Assembly: GCA_017938925.1 (NCBI GenBank)
Contig: JAGBAO010000013.1
Span: 225,037 to 289,036, forward strand
DNA from: Bacteroidales bacterium
GTDB lineage: Bacteria; Bacteroidota; Bacteroidia; Bacteroidales; UBA932
Direction of reading: 5' to 3'
Length of the DNA: 64,000 nucleotides
A program made the translations under genes and the position numbers. The notes under the pieces were generated by a model, which was not told where the DNA came from, did no database searches, and was given only the letters and a program-made list of their open reading frames with translations. Below are positions 48,665 to 58,400 of this stretch, in pieces. Numbering within the stretch: position 1 is the first letter of the stretch; each line of letters opens with the position of its first letter.

Positions 48665-50572
48665 TTAAAGAGTACCGTAGTCTACAGAGACGTAGTTGGC
48701 AGCTGCGTAGTTGGCTGTTTCGGGTGAAGCAACGACCTCACGCTGAGCACCGGCAGTATATGTTTTACCATCATAAGTAATTGTATTTAAACTGCAAATC
48801 CCTGAGGCTGGATTCCAATTGCTAACTCTTGGATCATCAATCGATTTAGGATTATTTCCTGTAAAACCATTATATATTTGAACTCCTTTCTCGTAGTCTC
48901 CTTTGTAGAAAAAGTTATTTTCCACAGACACTTCATTAGGGGAAGTCCCCATCACATATTTAAGTCCGCCAGTAATATTTGCTTCCAAGAATACATTGTA
49001 ATTGATAGAGACACTGACACTTGCTTTAGTTGCATTGACTAGAGCTTTGCCTATTGGAGTCTCGTCGAAAGTGTTGTATGAGAGAATAATGCTAGAATAT
49101 TCAACCGTTCCTGAACCGCCATCATTAAGTAAAACAAAACCAGTCATCTCAATTCCTGAATTAACATAGAAGACATTATTGTAAAAGTTTGTATTTACAA
49201 TCTTAGTCCCGGTTTGATTACCAGTAACAAAATTGAAGGTAGCTTTAGGGTTTTGAATCTCTATATCACAACCACTTACAACAAAGTCATTGATTACAAC
49301 AGCTCCATTATTCAGCCTAAGGAATCCGTCTCCAGTATTTATAATCTTACAATTATCGAAGATTATCTTGTCAAAAGTACCGACATTAGCTTTTGTTTCA
49401 ATTCGCTTCAAAGTGTAATGAAGATTTGCACACAAAAATATACCATCTTTGGTATTCGGCTGGGCATTATCATTCTGTACTATTGCGGAGCGTTGTGAAG
49501 AATCCTCTCCAATCAGAATAAGAGAACTTGAATTATAATCAACTGTTGCTGCTATTGATGCTGGCACAAAATATATTCCATCATTTTTGATTGATGAAGT
49601 TTCAGGCCGCACCCTCACTATTGGAAAATTTGAATAGTCTTTAAAAGTGTCTTTATTAAAAGTATATCCCCCAAAAGTAAGATCAAAACCATCATTATAC
49701 TTCACGAAATAGTTCATATGTGGTTCATAATCTGTGCTGGCAAGTTTAGCCATCGGAAGAACCTGATTCCTCTGATTCAGAGATAAAATAGATTTTGTGG
49801 TCTTCTTTGCCACCTGACTGCCATCTTTCATGGAAAGAATGACAGTGAAACCCTCCTCGAACTCGACAGGAACGACTGTAAAGAAATAATCGCCTGGTTC
49901 GAGCACCTTGCCACCATTTCTCAGAGTCACATATGTTTCCGCCTTTGTTACTTTCAGAGTAGGAGACTCAGTAGAAAAGTCAATGGTATAAAGTCCTGCA
50001 AGAGTCTCATTCCTGTTACCCATGAGTGTAATGGATACGACATCCGTAAGATCTTCAGCGAGAGTGAAACGAATATGTGAAGTCATATTCTTGAAAGCAA
50101 GGCGGTTCTCTGCATCAGCCTTTGCCACCATCACAGCACCTCCGTTTCCTTTTGCATATGAACCAAGAACAGCTGCCTGGTCCGGAAACAGCTTTGAAGT
50201 AATGGTCATGGCATCTTTATCAAACTCCGCTGCACTCGTCCTTTCCGGATAAAGAGCATAGAACGCAGTCGCACCCTCTGTCACTTCTCCGGTAAAGACT
50301 GATGTCGCACCACCGACAGCTGTAGTGAAGGTATTCTTGCCTCCGAGATTATCAAATACCGTGATGGCATCGTTTGCTGCCCACTCAACAGTTCCCTCGC
50401 CATCAACGATACCTGCCTTGGTCTCTAAAGCAGTGGTAAACTCCATAGGAACGAGCTTCAGTTCTACGTTCTCCTCAGGATTGTTCTCAGGATTGTTCTC
50501 AGGAAGAACTTCCTTAGCACATGACATTGCCATTACAGCAAGTGCAAGCATGAAAAATGATCTTGTCTTCAT
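48665..50572 (-). CDS. Fimbrillin-like lipoprotein with C-terminal beta-helix-like cargo
   Basis: Start MKTRSFFMLALAVMAMSC at 50572 (the track start overlaps the peptide gene). ETKAG...WAANDAITVF, FYALYP, LAFKNMT, QRNQVL; C-terminal repeats IIFDNCKI / FYNNVFY / SYNTF / VENNFFY. Confidence 0.72.
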   Translation of the reverse strand: MKTRSFFMLALAVMAMSCAKEVLPENNPENNPEENVELKLVPMEFTTALETKAGIVDGEGTVEWAANDAITVFDNLGGKNTFTTAVGGATSVFTGEVTEGATAFYALYPERTSAAEFDKDAMTITSKLFPDQAAVLGSYAKGNGGAVMVAKADAENRLAFKNMTSHIRFTLAEDLTDVVSITLMGNRNETLAGLYTIDFSTESPTLKVTKAETYVTLRNGGKVLEPGDYFFTVVPVEFEEGFTVILSMKDGSQVAKKTTKSILSLNQRNQVLPMAKLASTDYEPHMNYFVKYNDGFDLTFGGYTFNKDTFKDYSNFPIVRVRPETSSIKNDGIYFVPASIAATVDYNSSSLILIGEDSSQRSAIVQNDNAQPNTKDGIFLCANLHYTLKRIETKANVGTFDKIIFDNCKIINTGDGFLRLNNGAVVINDFVVSGCDIEIQNPKATFNFVTGNQTGTKIVNTNFYNNVFYVNSGIEMTGFVLLNDGGSGTVEYSSIILSYNTFDETPIGKALVNATKASVSVSINYNVFLEANITGGLKYVMGTSPNEVSVENNFFYKGDYEKGVQIYNGFTGNNPKSIDDPRVSNWNPASGICSLNTITYDGKTYTAGAQREVVASPETANYAAANYVSVDYGTL

Positions 50573-50585
50573 AATACATCCTCCT

Positions 50586-50729
50586 TTACCAAGCCTGTTC
50601 ATTCAGGAAATCATATTTCTCCAATTCTGTGAATGTGCTCGTGCAGAGCAAGTCATGAGGGACTAACTCCATCTCCATGACATAAGGGGTCTCATATTGA
50701 TTGTCCCTTTCGAAAGTCTTGAAATTCAT
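50586..50729 (-). CDS. 47-aa small protein, YxxP...LLCxS motif
   Basis: Hand translation MNFKTFERDNQYETPYVMEMELVPHDLLCTSTFTELEKYDFLNEQAW*. Stop is 13 nt before the fimbrillin ATG. Confidence 0.8.
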   Translation of the reverse strand: MNFKTFERDNQYETPYVMEMELVPHDLLCTSTFTELEKYDFLNEQAW

Positions 50730-50799
50730 GTTCTATAGTTTTAGTTGTTTATGATTATGCATCCGGCAGCTGAATCCACAGCATCCATTCTGACATCTG

Positions 50800-51003
50800 C
50801 AAATTTATCGGCTTTGCCTGCAGCAGAAAACGCGATTTGTTCCAAACATTTTCACTTATGTCGAAATCTTTCAATTTGTCCAATCCATAGTCAAGCGTGG
50901 ACATTTTTGATATTTTATAAGACATTTCTGAAACATCCCACACAGCATTAAGGAACTATGATACAATAGAAAAAGTCTGCCGGAAGCATTGAAAGTAAAT
51001 TTG
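50800..51003. promoter_or_regulatory. Divergent promoter: -7 boxes TAAATTTG (minus 50800-50807; plus 50996-51003) with direct repeat ACATTT(T/C)TGA at 50901 and 50922
   Basis: 21-bp periodic direct repeat, the arrangement typical of HTCS operators; both -7 boxes match the consensus exactly. Confidence 0.6.
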
Positions 51004-51018
51004 CATAGAGAAAATATC

Positions 51019-53193
51019 ATGACTACACATATGAAACACACAACAATTTTAACCGCACTATGCATGACAGCGCTTCTTATGTCATGCAGTTATGAAGATG
51101 ACATCCTCATCAAGGATGCCGATCAGAGTCCTGCAATCAGCACGCAGGACACAGTCTCCTTCCGAGACACATCAGGAATCTTCGATATTCTGAATCTGGC
51201 ACATCCGGGACTGGAAGAAGTTAAAAGTGCAGTAGAGGCAGGCGACACCCTTGCTGCAGCCAAAGCCCTGCTGGAGTATTGGCGTTACGGAAGGACTGCA
51301 GTCAACCCGTACATCGACCTGATCAACACGACCATTTCAGAGACGGACCTGCGTATAGCCGACCAGGCATGCGAACATCGGTTCTACGTCAAAGGATTTG
51401 CAGAAAAGGAGGAAGATGGAGTCGCCACATACTATCTCTTCGAGGACAAGAGCAAGAACATCGACTGGAATTTCACCACAGACAAGGTCACTGATCAGGA
51501 ATTCCGTTATCAGCGCCATCGCCACCAGTGGATGGAGCCTCAGGCAAAGGCGTACCGTGTCACAGGAGATGAGAAATACATAAAGTCCTGGATAGAGGTG
51601 TACAGTGACTGGCTCCGGACCTTCCCATGTCCGACAGGAAAGGTCTATCCGCCGGCAGGAGGTGCGGAAAACGACATCGAGTATGAATGGAAAGGCCTTC
51701 AGGTTGCAGAACGAGTCCTCAGCCAGATGAACATCATCCCATATTTCATCTATTCCGAAAATTTCACACCACAGTGGCTCTGCACAGTATTGAGTGAGTT
51801 TGCCAAGGCTGTGGAACTCATGAGACTCAACTACTATACGGATTCAAACATCCTGATCACCCAGTCTCAGGCGGTGGGATTTGCCGGGGTGATGATGCCT
51901 GAATTTGCAAAGGCCCAGGAATGGGCAGAGGAAGGATTCGGCAAACTTGCAGACAATGCCTCCAGCCAGTTCCTGGCAGATGGAGTCCACTATGAACTGG
52001 ATCCAAGCTATCACATAGCAGCGATCGCTGATTTCACTGAGGCCAGCGATCTTCTTGCTGCCAACGGTCGCACTGAACTTCTTCCGTCGGATTTCACATC
52101 CAAGTTGCAGAATGCCGCGCATTTCGTGATGGATATGGTCTATCCTGACTACAGCATAGACAACTGGAACGACACACGCTCCGCTTCATACACGAAAAAT
52201 GTCCTCAAGAGGAATTTCAAGACCTACTCGGAGATGTTCCCGGAAGACGGAGAACTCAAGTGGATGGCGACTGAGGGCGCAGAAGGGACTAAGCCAACCC
52301 ATCTGACTAACGCCTACAGCACAGCAGGATATTATATACTGAGAAACGGCTGGGACGCGAACTCCACCATGATGATCCTGAAGAACTGCAATGACCCTCT
52401 GGGCGGATGGCATAATCAGAGTGACAACGGAACGTTCGGTCTCTGGATCAAGGGACGCAACTTCTTCCCTGATGCAGGATGCTACGCATATAGCGGAAAT
52501 GACAGGACAACCTGGGCCTCAACAAGATACCACAACACAATAACGGTCCAGAGCAAGGACATTCTTCCTTCATTCCGCAAGGGCGAACTGAAGTTGCTGG
52601 AAGAGGGAGAAGACGGATCGGTCACACTCGTCACTCAGAATACGCCGGTCTTCGCAAGTTCCGAAGATGTGACCTACACCCATAGAAGGGCTGTCTTCTT
52701 CGTAGAAAAGTCGTTCTTTGTGATTGTTGATGAGCTTTATGACGGCGGTGTTCAGAGCAAAAAGAAAGTCAACTTGAACTATCATATCCTCGGCAGCAAC
52801 GCAGTTGTTGATGACTTTTCCGAAGTATGTCAGTCCGGCATGCACACCGAATATCCTGACGGAAACAATATACTCCTGCATGTATTCACAGAAACCACAC
52901 AGGATTTTGCAGTAGATCCTAAAAACACTTCAATCGACTTTTCCGACAATATCGGAATCAAGAGCGGTAGCAGGAAGGGACTCCAGCATACGATAAGGGA
53001 GCCGCTCGACGGAGCCGCAAGGTTCATTACCGTGATATACCCATTCAGCAACTCATTCTCTGACAACACGGTTGATGCCATATTCACTGACAACACAGAA
53101 GAAGGCAGCGCGGGAACATTCCATGCTGAAGGTGCCGCAGTGAAAGTGACTGTCAACGGCAAGGAGTACGAGCTTTCATACACATTGAATTAA
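51019..53193 (+). CDS. PL12 heparinase II/III-family lipoprotein (BT4662-like)
   Basis: Lipobox LMSC-SYEDD, HRHQW, ELDPSYH, YP..S...WND, GYYILRNGW, HNQSDNGTF, PDAG. Start 51019 or 51031. Confidence 0.88.
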   Translation: MTTHMKHTTILTALCMTALLMSCSYEDDILIKDADQSPAISTQDTVSFRDTSGIFDILNLAHPGLEEVKSAVEAGDTLAAAKALLEYWRYGRTAVNPYIDLINTTISETDLRIADQACEHRFYVKGFAEKEEDGVATYYLFEDKSKNIDWNFTTDKVTDQEFRYQRHRHQWMEPQAKAYRVTGDEKYIKSWIEVYSDWLRTFPCPTGKVYPPAGGAENDIEYEWKGLQVAERVLSQMNIIPYFIYSENFTPQWLCTVLSEFAKAVELMRLNYYTDSNILITQSQAVGFAGVMMPEFAKAQEWAEEGFGKLADNASSQFLADGVHYELDPSYHIAAIADFTEASDLLAANGRTELLPSDFTSKLQNAAHFVMDMVYPDYSIDNWNDTRSASYTKNVLKRNFKTYSEMFPEDGELKWMATEGAEGTKPTHLTNAYSTAGYYILRNGWDANSTMMILKNCNDPLGGWHNQSDNGTFGLWIKGRNFFPDAGCYAYSGNDRTTWASTRYHNTITVQSKDILPSFRKGELKLLEEGEDGSVTLVTQNTPVFASSEDVTYTHRRAVFFVEKSFFVIVDELYDGGVQSKKKVNLNYHILGSNAVVDDFSEVCQSGMHTEYPDGNNILLHVFTETTQDFAVDPKNTSIDFSDNIGIKSGSRKGLQHTIREPLDGAARFITVIYPFSNSFSDNTVDAIFTDNTEEGSAGTFHAEGAAVKVTVNGKEYELSYTLN

Positions 53194-53205
53194 CAACTAT
53201 ACCAT

Positions 53206-55452
53206 ATGAGACACAGATTATCAATAATTCTCTGCCTTATTGCCTCGGCAGCCGCACTTATCGGGTGCAGGCAGGAATCTCTTGAAAAAGAGGGCTTCCA
53301 GCTCTACTATTCTGGAGTAACCAACATAGGTCCTAATCTGACGGTCAATCTGACCGCCCATCATTTCGGAGGGGAGCCTGAAGAATTTGCAATTACAGAG
53401 GTGAAGTTCGGCTCAGACGCATACGAGGGGCCGGAATTCACGATCAATCCTGAAAACGGTACGGTCACAGTTGCAGGAGTTCCTGAAACTCAGGCCGGAG
53501 ACTATACAGTATCAGTAAGCTGCAAAGTGTCGGGAACTGTCCTAAGCTATCCGGGCATCATAGAAGTCACGTTCTTCAAGGGTGTGCCGGATGAAATAAA
53601 GGTAAGTCCTGATACGCTCATTCTGGATCTTTCTACGCTAAAAAAGGATTCACAGGCCAATGATACGACTGCAACTATAACCACTGACGGCGACCATATT
53701 GCTGTTACCGGATACAGGATAGCAAATGTCAGATTCGGAGATGAAGTCATCGACAACATTGCAAGCCCTCATTTCAAAGTATCCGAAGATGGAATCATCA
53801 CGGTTCTGAAGAACGACAGTTTCAAGATCGGAACATATTCAATAGACCTCAAACTCAGCACATCATCTTTCGGAAGTGAAAGTGAAGTCGGTCTGTTCAC
53901 TGACGCCTTGACAGTCAAGGTGGTTTCTGTTCCAGTTTCATTCTCATACAGTCCTGACTCAGGGCTTCTTGAAGAAGAGGAGAACGGTGTGAAGACTTTT
54001 TTAGTGAGCGCGGCCCCCGTCCTCGAAGGTTCAAATGAAGATGTAAGATGGAGAATTTCCGGATGCACTCCTGCCAATGATAAACTGCTCATAGATCCGC
54101 AGACCGGAGTGCTCAGCATCAAGGAAGGTCATGGACTCAAGAAGGATGTGACTTACGTAGTTGATGTGAATGTACGGAACAAATATTCCACGGACGATGG
54201 ACTTACCATAAAGGGGGCATATATCATTGAAGTCGTAGGCTATATTGCTCCAATCGAGCATTTCGGCTATACCGGAATCAGCATAAAGCAAGGCCTGGGA
54301 TGCTCAGTCAGCCCTGATGCTGAAACTGACAGAGAACATATCAGACACTACGAATGGACGGATGCTGAAGCCTCATATGCCAAGGTACTTGTTCTGAACT
54401 CAAAGACAGGTGAGATAACTGTTGCGAAGGGCAATGACCTGCCTGTAGGAAATCATGAGATTTCCGTGACTGCGGCAAACGGCAAGACCGGTGGAGAAGT
54501 CGTAGCCGTATTCTCTCTCGAGATCACCGAAAACCCATACTATTTCACTCATTTCAGTTACGGAAACAATCTTGGACTCTCCGAAGAGCAGACTGATGGG
54601 GTCAGTCAGTTCAGAGTGAAGTCAAAAGATGAGCTCAAGGCTCTGACTGCTGAAATCAAGTTCAGCGACATGTCAGAAGAAGCCAAGGCAATCGCCAAAT
54701 GGTCGATGAAGAACGGAAACAAACTGAACAACCTCAGCATTGATGCGGCAACAGGAGCCATATCATTCCCGGCAGAGACAGGTGATTCATTCACCAACGA
54801 AGCGATGGGAATAGCACTTATAACCGCAACAGTGACAGATCCGGAGGACAGCGAGAACACCTTCAAAGTTACTGTTCCGTTCTGCGTTGACTTTGCGGCA
54901 GAGGTGAACAATGTCCTGGTAACATACGATCCGTTCGTGTTCAGAGTTAACCCTAAGACTGGCGGCAGGTCTTCTGCAGCCACAGTCACAGGTGTCGCTG
55001 CAGACAAGTTCCTGATAGATTTCAGACGCTCGTTCAACTACTATAACATATATGGTGTCGATGAAAACGGGAATGATCTGGTCAACGGTATACCAAACAA
55101 GGAAGGTTCTTTCCTGCAGAAGATATGGGACAAGTTCACTGAAGAAACAGGGCTGAACCTTAAGAATGGACTGCCGAATTACGAAGCCAAGGCCCCTGTA
55201 TCCTTCTACAACAACACCATTGAAAAAACCGGTGAACAGTTGTCAAAGACCGGGGCTTATGTAGACAACACCCCTGGTGCGAACCAGTTCACTTTGGTCG
55301 TGAGTCCGGGAGTCTGGCATGCAGATGGATGGGCTGACGGAATTTTTACAGGACAGATGACCTTCGCCACAGACGGAGCAATCGGAAGCGTGAACAATGG
55401 AGGCAAGAGAGCACCTATCGCCATCTGGCTCGACAAGGACTTTGAAGAATAA
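53206..55452 (+). CDS. Surface glycan-binding lipoprotein (BT4661-like position and architecture)
   Basis: Lipobox LIGC-RQE; serial Ig-like repeats (F.I.P..G.I, YTVSV, ID..TG.I); lies between PL12 and SusC. Confidence 0.7.
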   Translation: MRHRLSIILCLIASAAALIGCRQESLEKEGFQLYYSGVTNIGPNLTVNLTAHHFGGEPEEFAITEVKFGSDAYEGPEFTINPENGTVTVAGVPETQAGDYTVSVSCKVSGTVLSYPGIIEVTFFKGVPDEIKVSPDTLILDLSTLKKDSQANDTTATITTDGDHIAVTGYRIANVRFGDEVIDNIASPHFKVSEDGIITVLKNDSFKIGTYSIDLKLSTSSFGSESEVGLFTDALTVKVVSVPVSFSYSPDSGLLEEEENGVKTFLVSAAPVLEGSNEDVRWRISGCTPANDKLLIDPQTGVLSIKEGHGLKKDVTYVVDVNVRNKYSTDDGLTIKGAYIIEVVGYIAPIEHFGYTGISIKQGLGCSVSPDAETDREHIRHYEWTDAEASYAKVLVLNSKTGEITVAKGNDLPVGNHEISVTAANGKTGGEVVAVFSLEITENPYYFTHFSYGNNLGLSEEQTDGVSQFRVKSKDELKALTAEIKFSDMSEEAKAIAKWSMKNGNKLNNLSIDAATGAISFPAETGDSFTNEAMGIALITATVTDPEDSENTFKVTVPFCVDFAAEVNNVLVTYDPFVFRVNPKTGGRSSAATVTGVAADKFLIDFRRSFNYYNIYGVDENGNDLVNGIPNKEGSFLQKIWDKFTEETGLNLKNGLPNYEAKAPVSFYNNTIEKTGEQLSKTGAYVDNTPGANQFTLVVSPGVWHADGWADGIFTGQMTFATDGAIGSVNNGGKRAPIAIWLDKDFEE

Positions 55453-55466
55453 AAGACAGAACAGCT

Positions 55467-58400
55467 ATGACTAATCTATATAATATATGGAAGAAGGCGG
55501 CCATGGTGCTCATCACCATGTGTCTTGCCATAAATGCCTTCGCACAGGATATAACCCTCAACGGTACTGTCCTGGACGAGAACAACCAGCCTCTGACCGG
55601 AGCGGGTGTGATGGTCAAGGGAACGACAAACGGCGAGGTGACAGATCTCGACGGAAAGTTCACCATCTGGCTTTCAAAGAAAGGCGTAGATATCACCGTA
55701 TCCTACATAGGCTACAAGACATACGAGTTCCGCTATGCAGGTCAGGACAATATAATCATCCGACTGGAACCCGACACGGAGCTTCTTGAGGAGATCGTTG
55801 TTGTCGGATACGGCACCATGAAGAAGAGTGACCTCACGGGATCTGTTGCCTCTGTCTCGTCTGATGCCATCGAAGGCTATCAGGCAAGTACTGTTGCCGG
55901 AGCCCTCGGAGGACAGATTGCCGGCGTGCAGATCACCCAGACCGACGGTACCCCTGGAGCAAGCGTTAACATCAACATCCGCGGAGTCGGAACCCTCAAC
56001 GGAGATTCCTCCCCTCTGTTCATCGTTGACGGATTCCAGGTGGACAACATCGACTGGCTGTCAAATGCCGATATCGAATCCATCGAAGTCCTTAAGGACG
56101 CATCCTCAGCAGCGATCTATGGATCAAGAGCTGCCAATGGAGTGCTTATGGTGACCACCAAATCAGGAAGAGAGAGCAAGCCTACCATTTCCTACAACGG
56201 TTCCGCATCTTACCGCAAGATCTCGAAGAGACTGGACGTCCTGACTCCTTATGAATTTGTGAAACTCCAGACAGAGGTGAATCCAGATTACGCAAAGACC
56301 TATTTCAAGGAAGGAAACGACGAGGACGGAGTTCCATACAAGTACCAGAGCCTCGATGACTATATCGGCCAGAAAGGTGTGGTATGGCAGGACGAGACCT
56401 TCAATCCTACATGGTCACAGGATCACAACGTGTCCATAGCAGGAGGTTCTTCAGACTCTCAGTACAGCGCCCTTTTCTCGCACTATGACGAAGAAGGAAT
56501 CTTCAAGAACAGCGGATTCAACAAGACTACTGCAAAACTCCGTTTCAAGCAGAAGCTGTGGAAGAACGTGACCATGGAGGCAACCGTCAATTATGCCCAG
56601 ACAAACAGAAGGGGTGCGGGTACTACAGCCGACAACGGCCGTTTCAACATGCTGGCTCAGATTCTGAGCGCCAGACCTACCGGTGGTCTGAAAGTATCTG
56701 ATGCAGAACTGCTTGAGCTGGCGATAGACCCTGAAATGGAAGAGGAGGGAGAATCACTTGCCCAGGTGAACCCTGTGAAGCAGACTCAGTCAGTAACCAA
56801 TACGAAAAGAGGAGAGATGTGGTCCGGAAACGTATCCTTTTCATGGGAGATCATCAAGGGACTGACGTTCAGGAGCGCTGCGACTTACAACAATACTGTA
56901 ACCCGCACGAATGTGTTCTATCAGAACGGATCCAAGGAGGCACATCGCAACGGAAAGAGCCCTTACGGCCAGTCCCAGTTCAATCGAGATGTCCGCTGGG
57001 TGAACTTCAACCACCTGACATGGAGGCAGAAGATCAAGAAGCACAGCTACGATGTGATGATCGGACACGAGGTTTCCTCCAAGACCACGGAATATCTCCA
57101 GGGACAGGCGATGAACTTCCCTTTCGACAATCTTGAAAACGACAATCTCGGACTTGGCGCAACTCCAAGCAAGGTCGCCTCTTACTATGCCGGCAACTCT
57201 CTGCTGTCGTTCTTCGCAAGAGCCAACTACAACTATGCCAACAGATACCTTTTCACAGCCACGATGCGTGCTGATGGTTCGACTGTATTCTCGGCAAAGA
57301 ACAAATGGGGATATTTCCCGTCATTCTCTGCAGCATGGCGCATAGACAAGGAGGATTTCATGAAAAACGTAAGCTGGATCTCCAACCTTAAGCTTCGTGC
57401 CGGATGGGGAACGGTAGGAAATGACCGTATCGCCAACTACCTGTCACTTGATCTCTACACTCCTGAGAAATATGGAATCGGGACTACCATGGTTTCTGTG
57501 CTGACTCCAAAGCAGTTGCGCAACTCCAACCTCAAATGGGAAGGTTCATCCACAGTCAACCTCGGACTCGACTTCGGATTCCTCAAGGACAGGATATCCC
57601 TTTCGGTCGATCTGTTTGACAAGAACACCAAGGACCTCCTCCTTGCCCAGCAGCTTGCCCATGCGACAGGATTCTCCTCACAGATGCAGAATATCGGAAA
57701 GATCCGCAACAGAGGTCTTGAGATAACCTTCAACAGCACCAACATAGACCGCAAGAACTTCCTGTGGCAGACCAACTTCAACATCTCGTTCATTGAGAAC
57801 AAGCTGGTTTCTCTCGCTGACGGAACAGACTATGTTCAGGCCCGTTCAGGATTCGACTCCAACTTCACCGCAAATGACTACATAGCCATAGTCGGACAGT
57901 CTCTCGGACTGATCTACGGTTATGAGTGGGACGGTCTGTATCAGGCTGACGACTTCGTGGTGACCCCTGGAGGCGAATATATCCTCAAGGAAGGTGTGGT
58001 GAACAACCCGGCATACACGAACGGAGTAAGACCGGGATATGTGAAATATGTCGATCAGACCGGAGACGGCAAGATCACGACTGAAGACAGGACCGTAATC
58101 GGAAATGCCCTTCCGAAATGGTACGGAGGTATCACCAACACCTTCAGCTTCTATGGCGTGGACTTCAGCTTCATGTTCCAGTACAACTACGGCAACGACA
58201 TCTACAACGCCACCAGAGTGTTTGCAACACAGTCCAGAAGAGGACGCGTGAACATGCTCGCGGAAGTTGCAGACAGATGGAGACCGGACAACGCGAACAA
58301 CACCGTTCCGGTATATGACGGTTATGTCACGAACGACATATATTCCCGCTTTGTCGAAGACGGTTCCTTCCTTCGTCTTAAGAATGTGACTCTGGGATAC

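Noticed and set aside
50573-50602. Track start sites extending genes upstream (e.g. 50602, 50989, 21800, 16747, 11712, 5779, 1113)
   Set aside because: Downstream ATGs give proper signal peptides and avoid overlap with neighbouring genes or -7 boxes.
765-50729. YxxP peptides as lasso-peptide or other RiPP precursors
   Set aside because: No lasso cyclase, B1/B2 proteins, RRE, radical SAM, YcaO or peptide exporter in the window; the consistent neighbour is a pilin gene.
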